64,000 nucleotides of DNA from a virus. Location of the stretch: the IMG/VR virus record IMGVR_UViG_3300024978_000002. One strand, written 5' to 3'. Every line of letters begins with the position of its first letter. Positions within the stretch are counted from its first letter, which is position 1. The notes beneath the pieces are model-generated. The model was not told where the DNA came from. It did no database searches and saw only the letters and a list, made by a program, of their open reading frames with translations. Shown here one piece after another: positions 56,183-64,000 of the stretch. The translations under genes and the position numbers were made by a program.

Positions 56183-56644
56183 ATGAGTACCAAGCGAAAA
56201 GGCAGCCAGAAGCCGAAGACCAATCAGCCCTTATGGGACATTCTGGCCGGTTTGTCGGCTGCCGTGGGTCAAACGACTCAAGTCACCGCACTACTCGTGC
56301 CGTTTCTTCAGAATCAAGAACTCATTGCAAAGATCACAGATCGTCCGGCGTTTGACCGATTGGCCTCTGTGTTAGAACGTGATATTCGCGTGATGTCTCA
56401 ACGCTTCCGCGCTATTGTCGATCAACACGCGAATAAGACAGGTCAGACGGCGAACCAGACGGAATGGCTCCAAGCTATTCAGTTGTCTGAGCAGTACGTG
56501 GAATGGGCGTCTGATTTCGATGACGTTATCCTCCCGACGTTCTCAGAGATCACTTCGATGTTACACGGCGCCGGCGCCGATGTAACCACTCTCCATGCTC
56601 CTTCCGCGGCCGCTGCAATTGTAGCAGCCCAGCCCCAAGTCTAA
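56183..56644 (+). CDS. Conserved hypothetical helical protein
   Basis: 153 aa, first gene of the + operon. Confidence 0.65.
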   Translation: MSTKRKGSQKPKTNQPLWDILAGLSAAVGQTTQVTALLVPFLQNQELIAKITDRPAFDRLASVLERDIRVMSQRFRAIVDQHANKTGQTANQTEWLQAIQLSEQYVEWASDFDDVILPTFSEITSMLHGAGADVTTLHAPSAAAAIVAAQPQV

Positions 56645-56654
56645 AGGTCCCAAA

Positions 56655-58328
56655 ATGACTAGTGAAAACGAAACGCCTGTTCCGGAAGAACCCATGGGAC
56701 TGCCGACAGAAGACGATATTCCTTCTCCTACGGACGGAGAGACCACTGTGGTAAACGCTGACGTCGTCCCCACTCTACCTAACACTCAGGTAGTGGAACC
56801 TGCTGAAGACGTGGGTTTGCCGGTAGAAGAGGAACTGGTAGCGGAGAAACCCAGCGCCGAAGACGTCGAAGCGGTGGTGATTCTGATGCGTCAGGGTGTC
56901 AACCCGAACGCGGAACTCAGCAAAGATCCGTCTCACCCGCTGAATCCCAAACAACCGTGGCGTCCGGGTGAAGGTTTGTATATCGTCCCCTGTACATCGG
57001 AAGAGTTTAATACGTTGGTAGAGAACGTCCCGCGTCTGGACCCCACACAGTCTGAACAAGGGATGCGTTGGCGCGAAGCCGTCGCCGCCGGTCAAGAGGT
57101 CATGCCACGCGCCGGCACCGGTCTAGCTGCTCTACTGCGCGAAGCGTCCATGTGGCGTCAGAGTGTATCGTCTAACGGTGAGGGTAGTGCCGAGATCGCC
57201 GCGGGTCGACCCAAGATCGGAGAGCGTAAGGGCGATGCCCCGCTTGTCGGTGAAGAAGCCCTCCAGCACATGCAGATGATGCTTGGTACTGGTCAGGTCA
57301 CACGCATCCCGTTGTGGCATTCGGGTATTTGGGTGAACCTCAAGGCTCCGACAGAAGACCGACTGTTGGAACTGGATCGTCGCATTGCAGCAGAGAAGAT
57401 CGCGTTAGGTCGAGCGACCAACGGGTTGGCTTTCTCGAATATGTCGATCTACCACAACAGCTTCCTGTTCAACTTTGCGTTGTCCATGGTCTTTGATTGT
57501 TCCATCGGTGGATTCACGGTCGACAGTCTGAAGCGAAAGATTCTACTGACCGATCTTCCAACACTGTTGTGGGGATTGCTGTGCACGATCTATCCAAATG
57601 GGTATCGCTACCAGCGTCCGTGTATCAACGACCCGTCCAAGTGTACTCATGTCGTGGAAGAAGTCCTGGACATTTCCAAGTTGTGCTGGACCGACAATAC
57701 CGCACTTACCCAGAGTCAGCGTAACCACATGGTACGCAAAACGGCTAAGTTCACCGATATCGAGCTGACCCATTACCAGGAACAGCATCGGTATGTTGAC
57801 AAGGGGACGGTTCTGCTGAAGGACTATCAGGGGAACAAGACCGTCGCCGAACTGCGTGTTCCGACGCTGGCCGATTACGAAGCCTCAGGGTTTGCCTGGG
57901 TTGAAGGTATCGTTACCAGCGCCGATCAAGCCTTCGGATCTCAGCTCGGTGGGGAAGAGCGTAACGAGTACATTCTCGACCAAGCCCGAGCGACTAGCTT
58001 GCGTCAATACGCTCACTGGATCAATCGTATCACGTTCAACGGTGACAAGTACATCGACGACCGTGCGACGCTCGAGTCAATGATCGGTCAGCTCACAGGC
58101 GATCGTGTCGTGTTTGAGAATCTGCTGGAAGGTGTGCGTAAGTTCATTGACGAAGCCACGATTTCGCAGATTGCCATCCCGTCGTACAAGTGTCCGGCGT
58201 GCCAGCTCGACCAAGTCAATCCGGAAGAGTCCAAGCATCCGCACCTGATCCCGTTGGATATCGGTACCATTTTTTTTATCCTACTCGGCCAGCGAACCAG
58301 CTTGCTGCTGGACACGGCGATTATCTGA
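56655..58328 (+). CDS. Baseplate hub / tail assembly protein (T4 gp26-like)
   Basis: Acidic disordered N-terminus, KAPT and RVPT repeats, CINDPSKC and YKCPAC, C-terminal LDIGTIFF. Confidence 0.65.
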   Translation: MTSENETPVPEEPMGLPTEDDIPSPTDGETTVVNADVVPTLPNTQVVEPAEDVGLPVEEELVAEKPSAEDVEAVVILMRQGVNPNAELSKDPSHPLNPKQPWRPGEGLYIVPCTSEEFNTLVENVPRLDPTQSEQGMRWREAVAAGQEVMPRAGTGLAALLREASMWRQSVSSNGEGSAEIAAGRPKIGERKGDAPLVGEEALQHMQMMLGTGQVTRIPLWHSGIWVNLKAPTEDRLLELDRRIAAEKIALGRATNGLAFSNMSIYHNSFLFNFALSMVFDCSIGGFTVDSLKRKILLTDLPTLLWGLLCTIYPNGYRYQRPCINDPSKCTHVVEEVLDISKLCWTDNTALTQSQRNHMVRKTAKFTDIELTHYQEQHRYVDKGTVLLKDYQGNKTVAELRVPTLADYEASGFAWVEGIVTSADQAFGSQLGGEERNEYILDQARATSLRQYAHWINRITFNGDKYIDDRATLESMIGQLTGDRVVFENLLEGVRKFIDEATISQIAIPSYKCPACQLDQVNPEESKHPHLIPLDIGTIFFILLGQRTSLLLDTAII

Positions 58329-58789
58329 TTCAACAGGACGACAAACAAGGCCATGTCTTGTTTCCGTCCTTTGGACTGGAAAAAGCCGAAACGCTTTCCC
58401 CTATCAAAAAACTGATGGAGGCGATGCGTGCCAGTGGTCGTGCGACGTTAGACAGTATCGACGCGCAGTTGCTCTTAAGAGAGCTCTACGATTCGGACTA
58501 CGCGATTGGTTATCACAACAATCCACAGCGACCACTATCGTTGGTTGGGCTCCAGCCGAAAGAAACGGTCGGTCCCTACACCCGTGAACGACGATTGTAT
58601 CACCGCTATGCCACGTTAAAGATCCATGAACTCTTTGGTCTTTCAATCGAACGCTTCCTAGCGCAACCTCGAGAGAAAGTCGAGTGGATGTTGGAAATCG
58701 CCGAGGAACGTGGGGCGGTGGAGAATCGTAACAACCAGCAGATCGAAACAGCGATGCGTCTAGCACAACAAGGCGCTCCCCGCCTTTGA
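58277..58789 (+). CDS. T4 gp51-like / gpT-like chaperone segment, probably expressed by -1 frameshift from the upstream ORF
   Basis: The -1 frame is open from 58190 to 58789 with no good start before the conserved-looking GHV..FG region; slippery T8 run at 58270-58277; FGLSIERFLAQPRE..WML motif. Confidence 0.65.
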   Translation, partial: YPTRPANQLAAGHGDYLIQQDDKQGHVLFPSFGLEKAETLSPIKKLMEAMRASGRATLDSIDAQLLLRELYDSDYAIGYHNNPQRPLSLVGLQPKETVGPYTRERRLYHRYATLKIHELFGLSIERFLAQPREKVEWMLEIAEERGAVENRNNQQIETAMRLAQQGAPRL

Positions 58790-58793
58790 GGAG

Positions 58794-59246
58794 GTGTCGA
58801 TGATTATCTACGATGGTCCCGGTGACCTCTTTGAATGTGGGGTTCAAACCGTAGTGTGTCCCGTGAACACCGTACAGGTGATGGGTAAAGGACTGGCCTT
58901 AGCGTTCAAACAACGGGTGCCGGGATTAGAAGCGTTCTACAAGGATCAGTATCCCAGTCCCAATGCCATCCTAAAACTGGCAGTTTTCGACGTGGACTCG
59001 GAACGTAAGGTGTTGCTGTTCCCCACCAAACAGGACTGGCGTCAACCAGGTCGTTTGGACATGATCCATGCAAATTTGGTACAACTGGCGAATCGTTACA
59101 CCGAGTGGGGTATCATGTCATTGGGTATACCGCTCTTGGGGTGTGGGGTGGATACCGGTCAGCTAGATTGGTTAGCTCAGGTGAAACCGATCGTATACCA
59201 GTTCTTGGATCCCTGTGATTTACCCGTGAAAATCATGCACGGTTGA
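58794..59246 (+). CDS. Macrodomain (DarG-like ADP-ribosyl hydrolase)
   Basis: GDLF..VVCPVNTVQVMGKGLALAFK..P, LFPTK.DWR, SLGIPLLGCG; GAGGAGG RBS. Confidence 0.85.
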   Translation: MSMIIYDGPGDLFECGVQTVVCPVNTVQVMGKGLALAFKQRVPGLEAFYKDQYPSPNAILKLAVFDVDSERKVLLFPTKQDWRQPGRLDMIHANLVQLANRYTEWGIMSLGIPLLGCGVDTGQLDWLAQVKPIVYQFLDPCDLPVKIMHG

Positions 59247-59252
59247 CGTAGT

Positions 59253-59291
59253 AGGACAGGGCTCTGGAATAGAGCCCTGTCCTCTATGCTG
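59253..59291 (+). terminator. Hairpin followed by TATGCTG
   Basis: 13-bp stem AGGACAGGGCTCT / AGAGCCCTGTCCT. Confidence 0.75.
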
Positions 59292-59301
59292 TCGTACGGA
59301 A

Positions 59302-59325
59302 TTTCAGACCCTTACTATCCTTTTG
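59302..59325 (+). promoter_or_regulatory. Putative phage promoter
   Basis: TTTCAGACCCTTACTATCC, near-identical to the chmA upstream motif. Confidence 0.5.
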
Positions 59326-59348
59326 ACCCTCTACTTTAGGAATTCAAG

Positions 59349-59762
59349 ATGGGAAAGCATTATTCAGCCATTGAACTGGCAGATCAGTTATGTCGGGTGG
59401 TGTTGGCTATACGCGAGTTCGGGGAAACCAACAGTCCGTACCTCACGCGATTGCGCTCGGAAGTTTTCAAGAAAGACTGGCGTTTAGGGGGTACACGTCG
59501 AGATCGTATTGTCAAAGAACTCGATGATCGCCATCAAGAGATCCTTGTGTTATTGGAAAATCTGCGCAAGGTCCTCCAAGCCTTTGGAGATCCTCTGACG
59601 GGAAGTGGACGGCGTAACGGTAAGAGTCATCAATTCGGTATCCTGCAAGCCTATTGGGATGAAGCCCACAAGGTCCTTCATGCCTATGCCAATCGAGCGT
59701 TAACCATCCAAGAACACTTAGGGGTGAGAACACCTATCACACCGTTTGAAGGATCGCTCTAG
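59349..59762 (+). CDS. Hypothetical protein
   Basis: 137 aa with its own promoter motif and AGGA RBS. Confidence 0.6.
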   Translation: MGKHYSAIELADQLCRVVLAIREFGETNSPYLTRLRSEVFKKDWRLGGTRRDRIVKELDDRHQEILVLLENLRKVLQAFGDPLTGSGRRNGKSHQFGILQAYWDEAHKVLHAYANRALTIQEHLGVRTPITPFEGSL

Positions 59763-59773
59763 ATTCGAACGTT

Positions 59774-59800
59774 TTTCAGAACTATATCGTTCTAGTGAGA
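59774..59800 (+). promoter_or_regulatory. Putative phage promoter (duplicate 1)
   Basis: ACTATATCGTTCTAGTGAGA is identical to the copy at 60374-60393. Confidence 0.6.
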
Positions 59801-59855
59801 CAAAGCTGGGTATTTAAGCCCGCTACCTTATCAACTCACTAATGGAGTACTCGTC

Positions 59856-60266
59856 ATGGATTCTATTTTGAAGACTTTTCAGTCGACGGCCATACTGGCA
59901 GAACAACTGCATCAAGCCACACTGGAAATAGAGCGTGTTTTCAACGAACACCTTGTTTCTCTGGGAGAGGAATACAAGTCGCACAAGGACGAAAAGGCGC
60001 GGATGGAGGTTCTGTTTGCCATCGAAACCAAACTCGACCGGTTGGAGGAAACCAACGTAAAGTTGGAAAAGCAGGCTATCGCTGCTTTGGTGGCGTTGGA
60101 TCAGAGCTCCATGTACTATCTCCTGGGCAATGCGAAATCTGAAGGTCACGGAGAAGTGATGGAGTCAGCCGAAGACAGTCGCCTCGCCTTGCAACGTACG
60201 CGGCAACAGATCAAGCATGTACGTGAAACCAGCACCCAATTCCTGACGGAGTTGTTGAAGGCATAA
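59856..60266 (+). CDS. Helical protein, tandem paralog A
   Basis: 136 aa, colinear with 60447-60857 (LAEQ, ARM.VLF, LD..E.TN...EKQ). Confidence 0.75.
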   Translation: MDSILKTFQSTAILAEQLHQATLEIERVFNEHLVSLGEEYKSHKDEKARMEVLFAIETKLDRLEETNVKLEKQAIAALVALDQSSMYYLLGNAKSEGHGEVMESAEDSRLALQRTRQQIKHVRETSTQFLTELLKA

Positions 60267-60267
60267 A

Positions 60268-60325
60268 CCATACACCCCTACTCACCGAAAAGGTGAGTAG
60301 GGGTGTATGGAGGTTCTTTCTTTTT
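60268..60325 (+). terminator. Terminator with CATACACCCC arms
   Basis: Perfect 19-bp stem CCATACACCCCTACTCACC / GGTGAGTAGGGGTGTATGG plus a T-tract. Confidence 0.85.
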
Positions 60326-60367
60326 TCCTTAGAATCCTTTGAAGGAAAAATGTTGATCCTAAGAGAT

Positions 60368-60393
60368 TTCAAGACTATATCGTTCTAGTGAGA
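60368..60393 (+). promoter_or_regulatory. Putative phage promoter (duplicate 2)
   Basis: TTTCAAGACTATATCGTTCTAGTGAGA. Confidence 0.6.
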
Positions 60394-60446
60394 TAAAACC
60401 AGTTTAAAAACTGGTACACCTAACACTCACCAACGGAGTACGGTTT

Positions 60447-60857
60447 ATGAACAGCGATCTTGAAATGTTCCGGACCACCATCAAACTCGCCGAACAGATG
60501 TTGGCGCTGACCACGGAAATGAATCAGAACTTTAACAAACGTGCGGTTGGGTTGGAGAATGGTTACAAGGCTTTGAAACTTGACATCGCTCGCATGAAGG
60601 TTCTCTTCGAGGTGGAAGCAGAATTGGATAAGATGGAGCAAACCAATTTCGATATGGAGAAACAGATTACCGAAACGATTGAACAACTCGATCGCAACGC
60701 GATACTCTTCCTCCAAACCTATCCCGATTCCAAGGAACGTGAAGAAGTCCTGAAGGCCGCTTACAACGGTCACCGGACTCTGGAGCGTTCCAAAGAAGAG
60801 CTCAGCCGCCTGCGGCGCTCCAGCGAGCGTCTGCTGACCGGAATGCTGGCAGTGTAA
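60447..60857 (+). CDS. Helical protein, tandem paralog B
   Basis: 136 aa, paralog of 59856-60266. Confidence 0.75.
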   Translation: MNSDLEMFRTTIKLAEQMLALTTEMNQNFNKRAVGLENGYKALKLDIARMKVLFEVEAELDKMEQTNFDMEKQITETIEQLDRNAILFLQTYPDSKEREEVLKAAYNGHRTLERSKEELSRLRRSSERLLTGMLAV

Positions 60858-60860
60858 CAA

Positions 60861-60922
60861 CATACACCCCCTACTGACCACTTGGGTCAGTAGGGGGTGT
60901 ATGGAGTCCTTCTTTTTTTTTT
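60861..60922. terminator. Bidirectional terminator with CATACACCCC arms
   Basis: Perfect 19-bp stem CATACACCCCCTACTGACC / GGTCAGTAGGGGGTGTATG plus a long T-tract. Confidence 0.85.
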
Positions 60923-63832
60923 TCAGTTTGGCGTATGAGCGAGGAACGCCACGTTGACGTCATCGTCCACTCCGATCGTACCGTCGGCTTTAGCCACCGC
61001 TTTCTTACGAATGGACAAACGTGCCGAGTCGTCCAGCAATGTCACGGTATCGTACGGTGTACTGCCGCCCAGACCCGTTACACTGATACCGATGGAATCG
61101 CTCATGACCTCATCGCGCAACGCACTGATGATCGCCGACAACGTCACCACCGAACCTTGAAGTTGGTCGTGAATGACTTTGATCGCGGCGGCTGTCAAAG
61201 CGGTACGTAAAGCCGCATCACGGTACTGGGTACCAGACAGGTAGTACGTCACGGCAAAGCTCTGTGCCGAGTTGATTGACACCGTCTTGTTCTCCAATAC
61301 CTTGACGTTGATATTACCCAGCGTCGCTTTTGGATAGAAATACAGAACGGTTTGTTCAAGTAACGTAGCTTGCACCGAAGCGATGTCTTCCGACAACCAA
61401 TCTGTGATCGTCGCCGGGACTGACTGTTTGTAATCAACGGTGGCCTGGTCAGTGGCGAAAGCGTAAGCGCCGTCCACCAAAAAGATGTCAATTTGCCGCA
61501 ACATCTGTCGGGAAGACACTACGACGGGATTTCCATCGACGTCCTGGACGATATCTCCGGCGAAGTGCTTCATCACCGGCTGCCCTTGGTCGTTCAACAC
61601 TGGGTCACCCTTCTGATGAAGAATCACGAACTGGATGTTGTTGTTACCATCCACGGTCCACTCGATAGCCCCTGTGACAGGATCACGTTGGTAGATGATC
61701 TCGCTGTACACAGCCGGAACGTCCGCCAGGTACCGTTGGTAGTCCTGGGACGATGCCACGGAGCGCGAAGCTGCCCATAGACCAGGTAGAGCCTTGCCGA
61801 GTTGCACTGTGAGGCGTTCCTGTGATAGTCCGATGGTGTCAGCCGTCACTAAGGTTCGTCCGAGGTCTTCGTCGATCGTGGAAGGAGTGAACCCTTCGAC
61901 CTCAATTTGATTAGCCAAGAACATGATGTCAATATCGACGTCTAAAGGACACGGATAGACGTGAACCGGATCATCGAACATCTGGAATGTATTGACCAGA
62001 AGACTATCAGTTGCGTCCAGGTCGTATTCCGTACCAATCAGGAATGTAAAGACACGATCACCTGCCGCAGTTAAACCCACCTGCGTTCCGTTCTGATACG
62101 CACGGTTACGCTCACCGGTGGGAAAGAAGCTTGCCTGACAGAACACTTGGCTGTCCGACAGATCTTTCCAAGCCTGTCCGGAAGTCACTGTCACTGTTAA
62201 GAGATAACCTTGCGGTACACGGTTAATTTGGTATCCTTTCACATTGACCGAGATCTGACTGGTGGGGTTCTCGGTGATGAAACTCTTGGTTTCCACCGCC
62301 GGGGCTTCCAGGTAATACGGACGATGTTCGAACCGATCGTCAGACATATCCAACACATAGTGGAACGGGGAGTATAGGAAGTTGTTCTCGTTCACCCGTC
62401 GTGCGCGGACGTCCACAGGTAATGCGTTCAAGGAATCGACCACTGATTGTGGGACGATACTGATCACGCCGTTGACGTTTTGATAGAGCGTACTGGGTAG
62501 CAACGTGACACGATTGCCGTTGTCACTGGCGGTGGGGAGTGCGGCCAACTTTGCCATGGATTCTGTCAAAGTCAACATTGTGCAACCCGCGCCAGAGATG
62601 GTCGATCCGTCGATAGGTTCCGGTAGGGATCGCGTAGCTAGAAACTGACGGTTGGTGATGTTGTCTACGTCCAAGACAAGATCGTAACCCATATCTGCTA
62701 ACCGTGAACCAATATTCACGTTGGTGATCGGAACATTGACCTTACCTAAGGAGTTCGTGATCACGCGATCACGCAGATCGGCCAGTGACAAAGCGTCTCG
62801 ACCACCAGAGATGGTATTGTCTGAGAACAGGGAATAGGTATTGAATTTCGTAATGACCGATTGAAAGGCATCCAATGCCTTCACGTCATGATCCAACCAA
62901 TGAGCCGTGAATTGACTGGGGGTGTAATCGGCCAGGACGATTTCCAGTGGTCCTCGAGTCGTATAGATATCCACACGCAGTTCGGTGTCCAACATACGAA
63001 GCGTCGTGTAGACCTGTGGGATACGCACGGTGAGAGTCTGTCCGTTGACCTGTAAAGCGGCCGTGGGGACGTTAGGGTCAAAAACCTGGTCCGTGTGAGT
63101 CGTTTTGATCTCGATCCAATTACCCAGACTGTCGGCACGATAGACGCGTGCATAGTGGAATTGATCTTGGAACGTAAATGTCTTTACCGACAATTGGGAA
63201 CGATTCAAAGTGTACGACTGAGAAAGAATGGCGAACTGGTACATCGGAATGTCCAGACGCACAAACGACTCACCTTGATACTTGACGTTCTTGGTCGCTA
63301 CTTGATTCGACGTCAGTTCCTGTAAGGGGGACAACTGAGTGTTATCGTACACTACCGACAGGCCCCCATGTGGCATAATCCGAATTTCAATGGGGTACTG
63401 GAGGGTGAAGGTCAGCCCCGCTACCACGATTTCCGTATGTCGAGGAATGACGAGTTTCCGCGCGCCTGCGGTACCGTACTCCACTGCCCGTCGATAGATC
63501 TCATCCCGTCCCAGATAAAGGGTGAACGTCGCCTTGGCCGGCTGAGCAAACCGATCGGCGTAATCGTCATCGGACATATGCAAGTAGAGATCGTCCTGCG
63601 TCATCGACAGCGAGGGGTACTGCCGGCGGTTAAAGGCTTCCTGCTCAAGAAGAAGCGCCGAGGCGTTAACTCCACCGGTCTCTAACAGATGCATATACGG
63701 ACTGGTGGGGTTAGCTATGTCAATAGCGCCGTCCATGGTCGCTTGTAGCTGATCCAGGGCATCGGAAATGACCAGCTGGGGATTGGCAAGGTGCCGGCGT
63801 GCGGCGCTTACCCAATCAAGAATTGAAGTCAT
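60923..63832 (-). CDS. Large baseplate/virion structural protein (baseplate wedge-like)
   Basis: 969 aa; NPTSPY..LLE, AKATF, SGGRD..SL..LR.RVI segments resemble baseplate J/gp6-type proteins. Confidence 0.7.
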   Translation of the reverse strand: MTSILDWVSAARRHLANPQLVISDALDQLQATMDGAIDIANPTSPYMHLLETGGVNASALLLEQEAFNRRQYPSLSMTQDDLYLHMSDDDYADRFAQPAKATFTLYLGRDEIYRRAVEYGTAGARKLVIPRHTEIVVAGLTFTLQYPIEIRIMPHGGLSVVYDNTQLSPLQELTSNQVATKNVKYQGESFVRLDIPMYQFAILSQSYTLNRSQLSVKTFTFQDQFHYARVYRADSLGNWIEIKTTHTDQVFDPNVPTAALQVNGQTLTVRIPQVYTTLRMLDTELRVDIYTTRGPLEIVLADYTPSQFTAHWLDHDVKALDAFQSVITKFNTYSLFSDNTISGGRDALSLADLRDRVITNSLGKVNVPITNVNIGSRLADMGYDLVLDVDNITNRQFLATRSLPEPIDGSTISGAGCTMLTLTESMAKLAALPTASDNGNRVTLLPSTLYQNVNGVISIVPQSVVDSLNALPVDVRARRVNENNFLYSPFHYVLDMSDDRFEHRPYYLEAPAVETKSFITENPTSQISVNVKGYQINRVPQGYLLTVTVTSGQAWKDLSDSQVFCQASFFPTGERNRAYQNGTQVGLTAAGDRVFTFLIGTEYDLDATDSLLVNTFQMFDDPVHVYPCPLDVDIDIMFLANQIEVEGFTPSTIDEDLGRTLVTADTIGLSQERLTVQLGKALPGLWAASRSVASSQDYQRYLADVPAVYSEIIYQRDPVTGAIEWTVDGNNNIQFVILHQKGDPVLNDQGQPVMKHFAGDIVQDVDGNPVVVSSRQMLRQIDIFLVDGAYAFATDQATVDYKQSVPATITDWLSEDIASVQATLLEQTVLYFYPKATLGNINVKVLENKTVSINSAQSFAVTYYLSGTQYRDAALRTALTAAAIKVIHDQLQGSVVTLSAIISALRDEVMSDSIGISVTGLGGSTPYDTVTLLDDSARLSIRKKAVAKADGTIGVDDDVNVAFLAHTPN

Positions 63833-63845
63833 AACGTCGAAGTCC

Positions 63846-64000
63846 TTAAGTCTGTGGAGTCACGGCGGTCACGAGACCGTTTTGAGCGGAAGCGTTCTCG
63901 GCCATGCGCTGTTGGTAAGCCTCGTTAAAGTCCCACCATTCCAATTCGTTGGTTTCCGGGTCAATGCGTGGGTAACCCCCGTAGTTATATGCAATCAGGT
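63846..64000 (-). CDS. 3' end of a virion protein (tube/baseplate-like), truncated by the window edge
   Basis: Translates ...AYNYGGYPRIDPETNELEWWDF...PQT*; RBS for the next gene follows. Confidence 0.55.
   Translation of the reverse strand, partial: LIAYNYGGYPRIDPETNELEWWDFNEAYQQRMAENASAQNGLVTAVTPQT

Noticed and set aside
1-64000. CRISPR arrays, tRNA/rRNA genes, reverse transcriptases, tnpA
   Set aside because: None seen on reading both strands; absence was not verified computationally.

Overview
This window is part of a nucleus-forming jumbo phage genome (phiKZ-like / Chimalliviridae). The assignment rests on a large terminase, PhuZ tubulin, chimallin (ChmA), a split family-B DNA polymerase (polymerase half and exonuclease half about 26 kb apart), four non-virion RNAP subunit genes, one virion RNAP subunit, ChmC- and PicA-like genes at their conserved positions, an SbcD-like nuclease, an SF2 helicase, and head and baseplate genes. 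Accessory and selfish elements include: (1) an intact IscB with its omegaRNA, bounded by imperfect inverted repeats, lacking tnpA, and inserted just behind a phage promoter motif so that the guide comes from phage sequence; (2) a group I intron with an HNH homing endonuclease that splits the NADFDGD catalytic motif of the nvRNAP; (3) a probable programmed -1 frameshift (T TTT TTT) joining two baseplate/tail-assembly ORFs; (4) a Dps ferritin in a late virion operon, with a possible head-protease cleavage motif; (5) a DarG-like macrodomain; (6) a tandem array of about 7-9 divergent small ORFs sharing a C-terminal motif; (7) two duplicated promoter-gene-terminator units; and (8) recurrent non-coding motifs (hairpin + TATGCYG, GCCTAATG, TTTCA..CTATATC). 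All homology calls come from motif recognition and recalled phiKZ synteny; no database search was run. No tRNA, rRNA or CRISPR array was seen.
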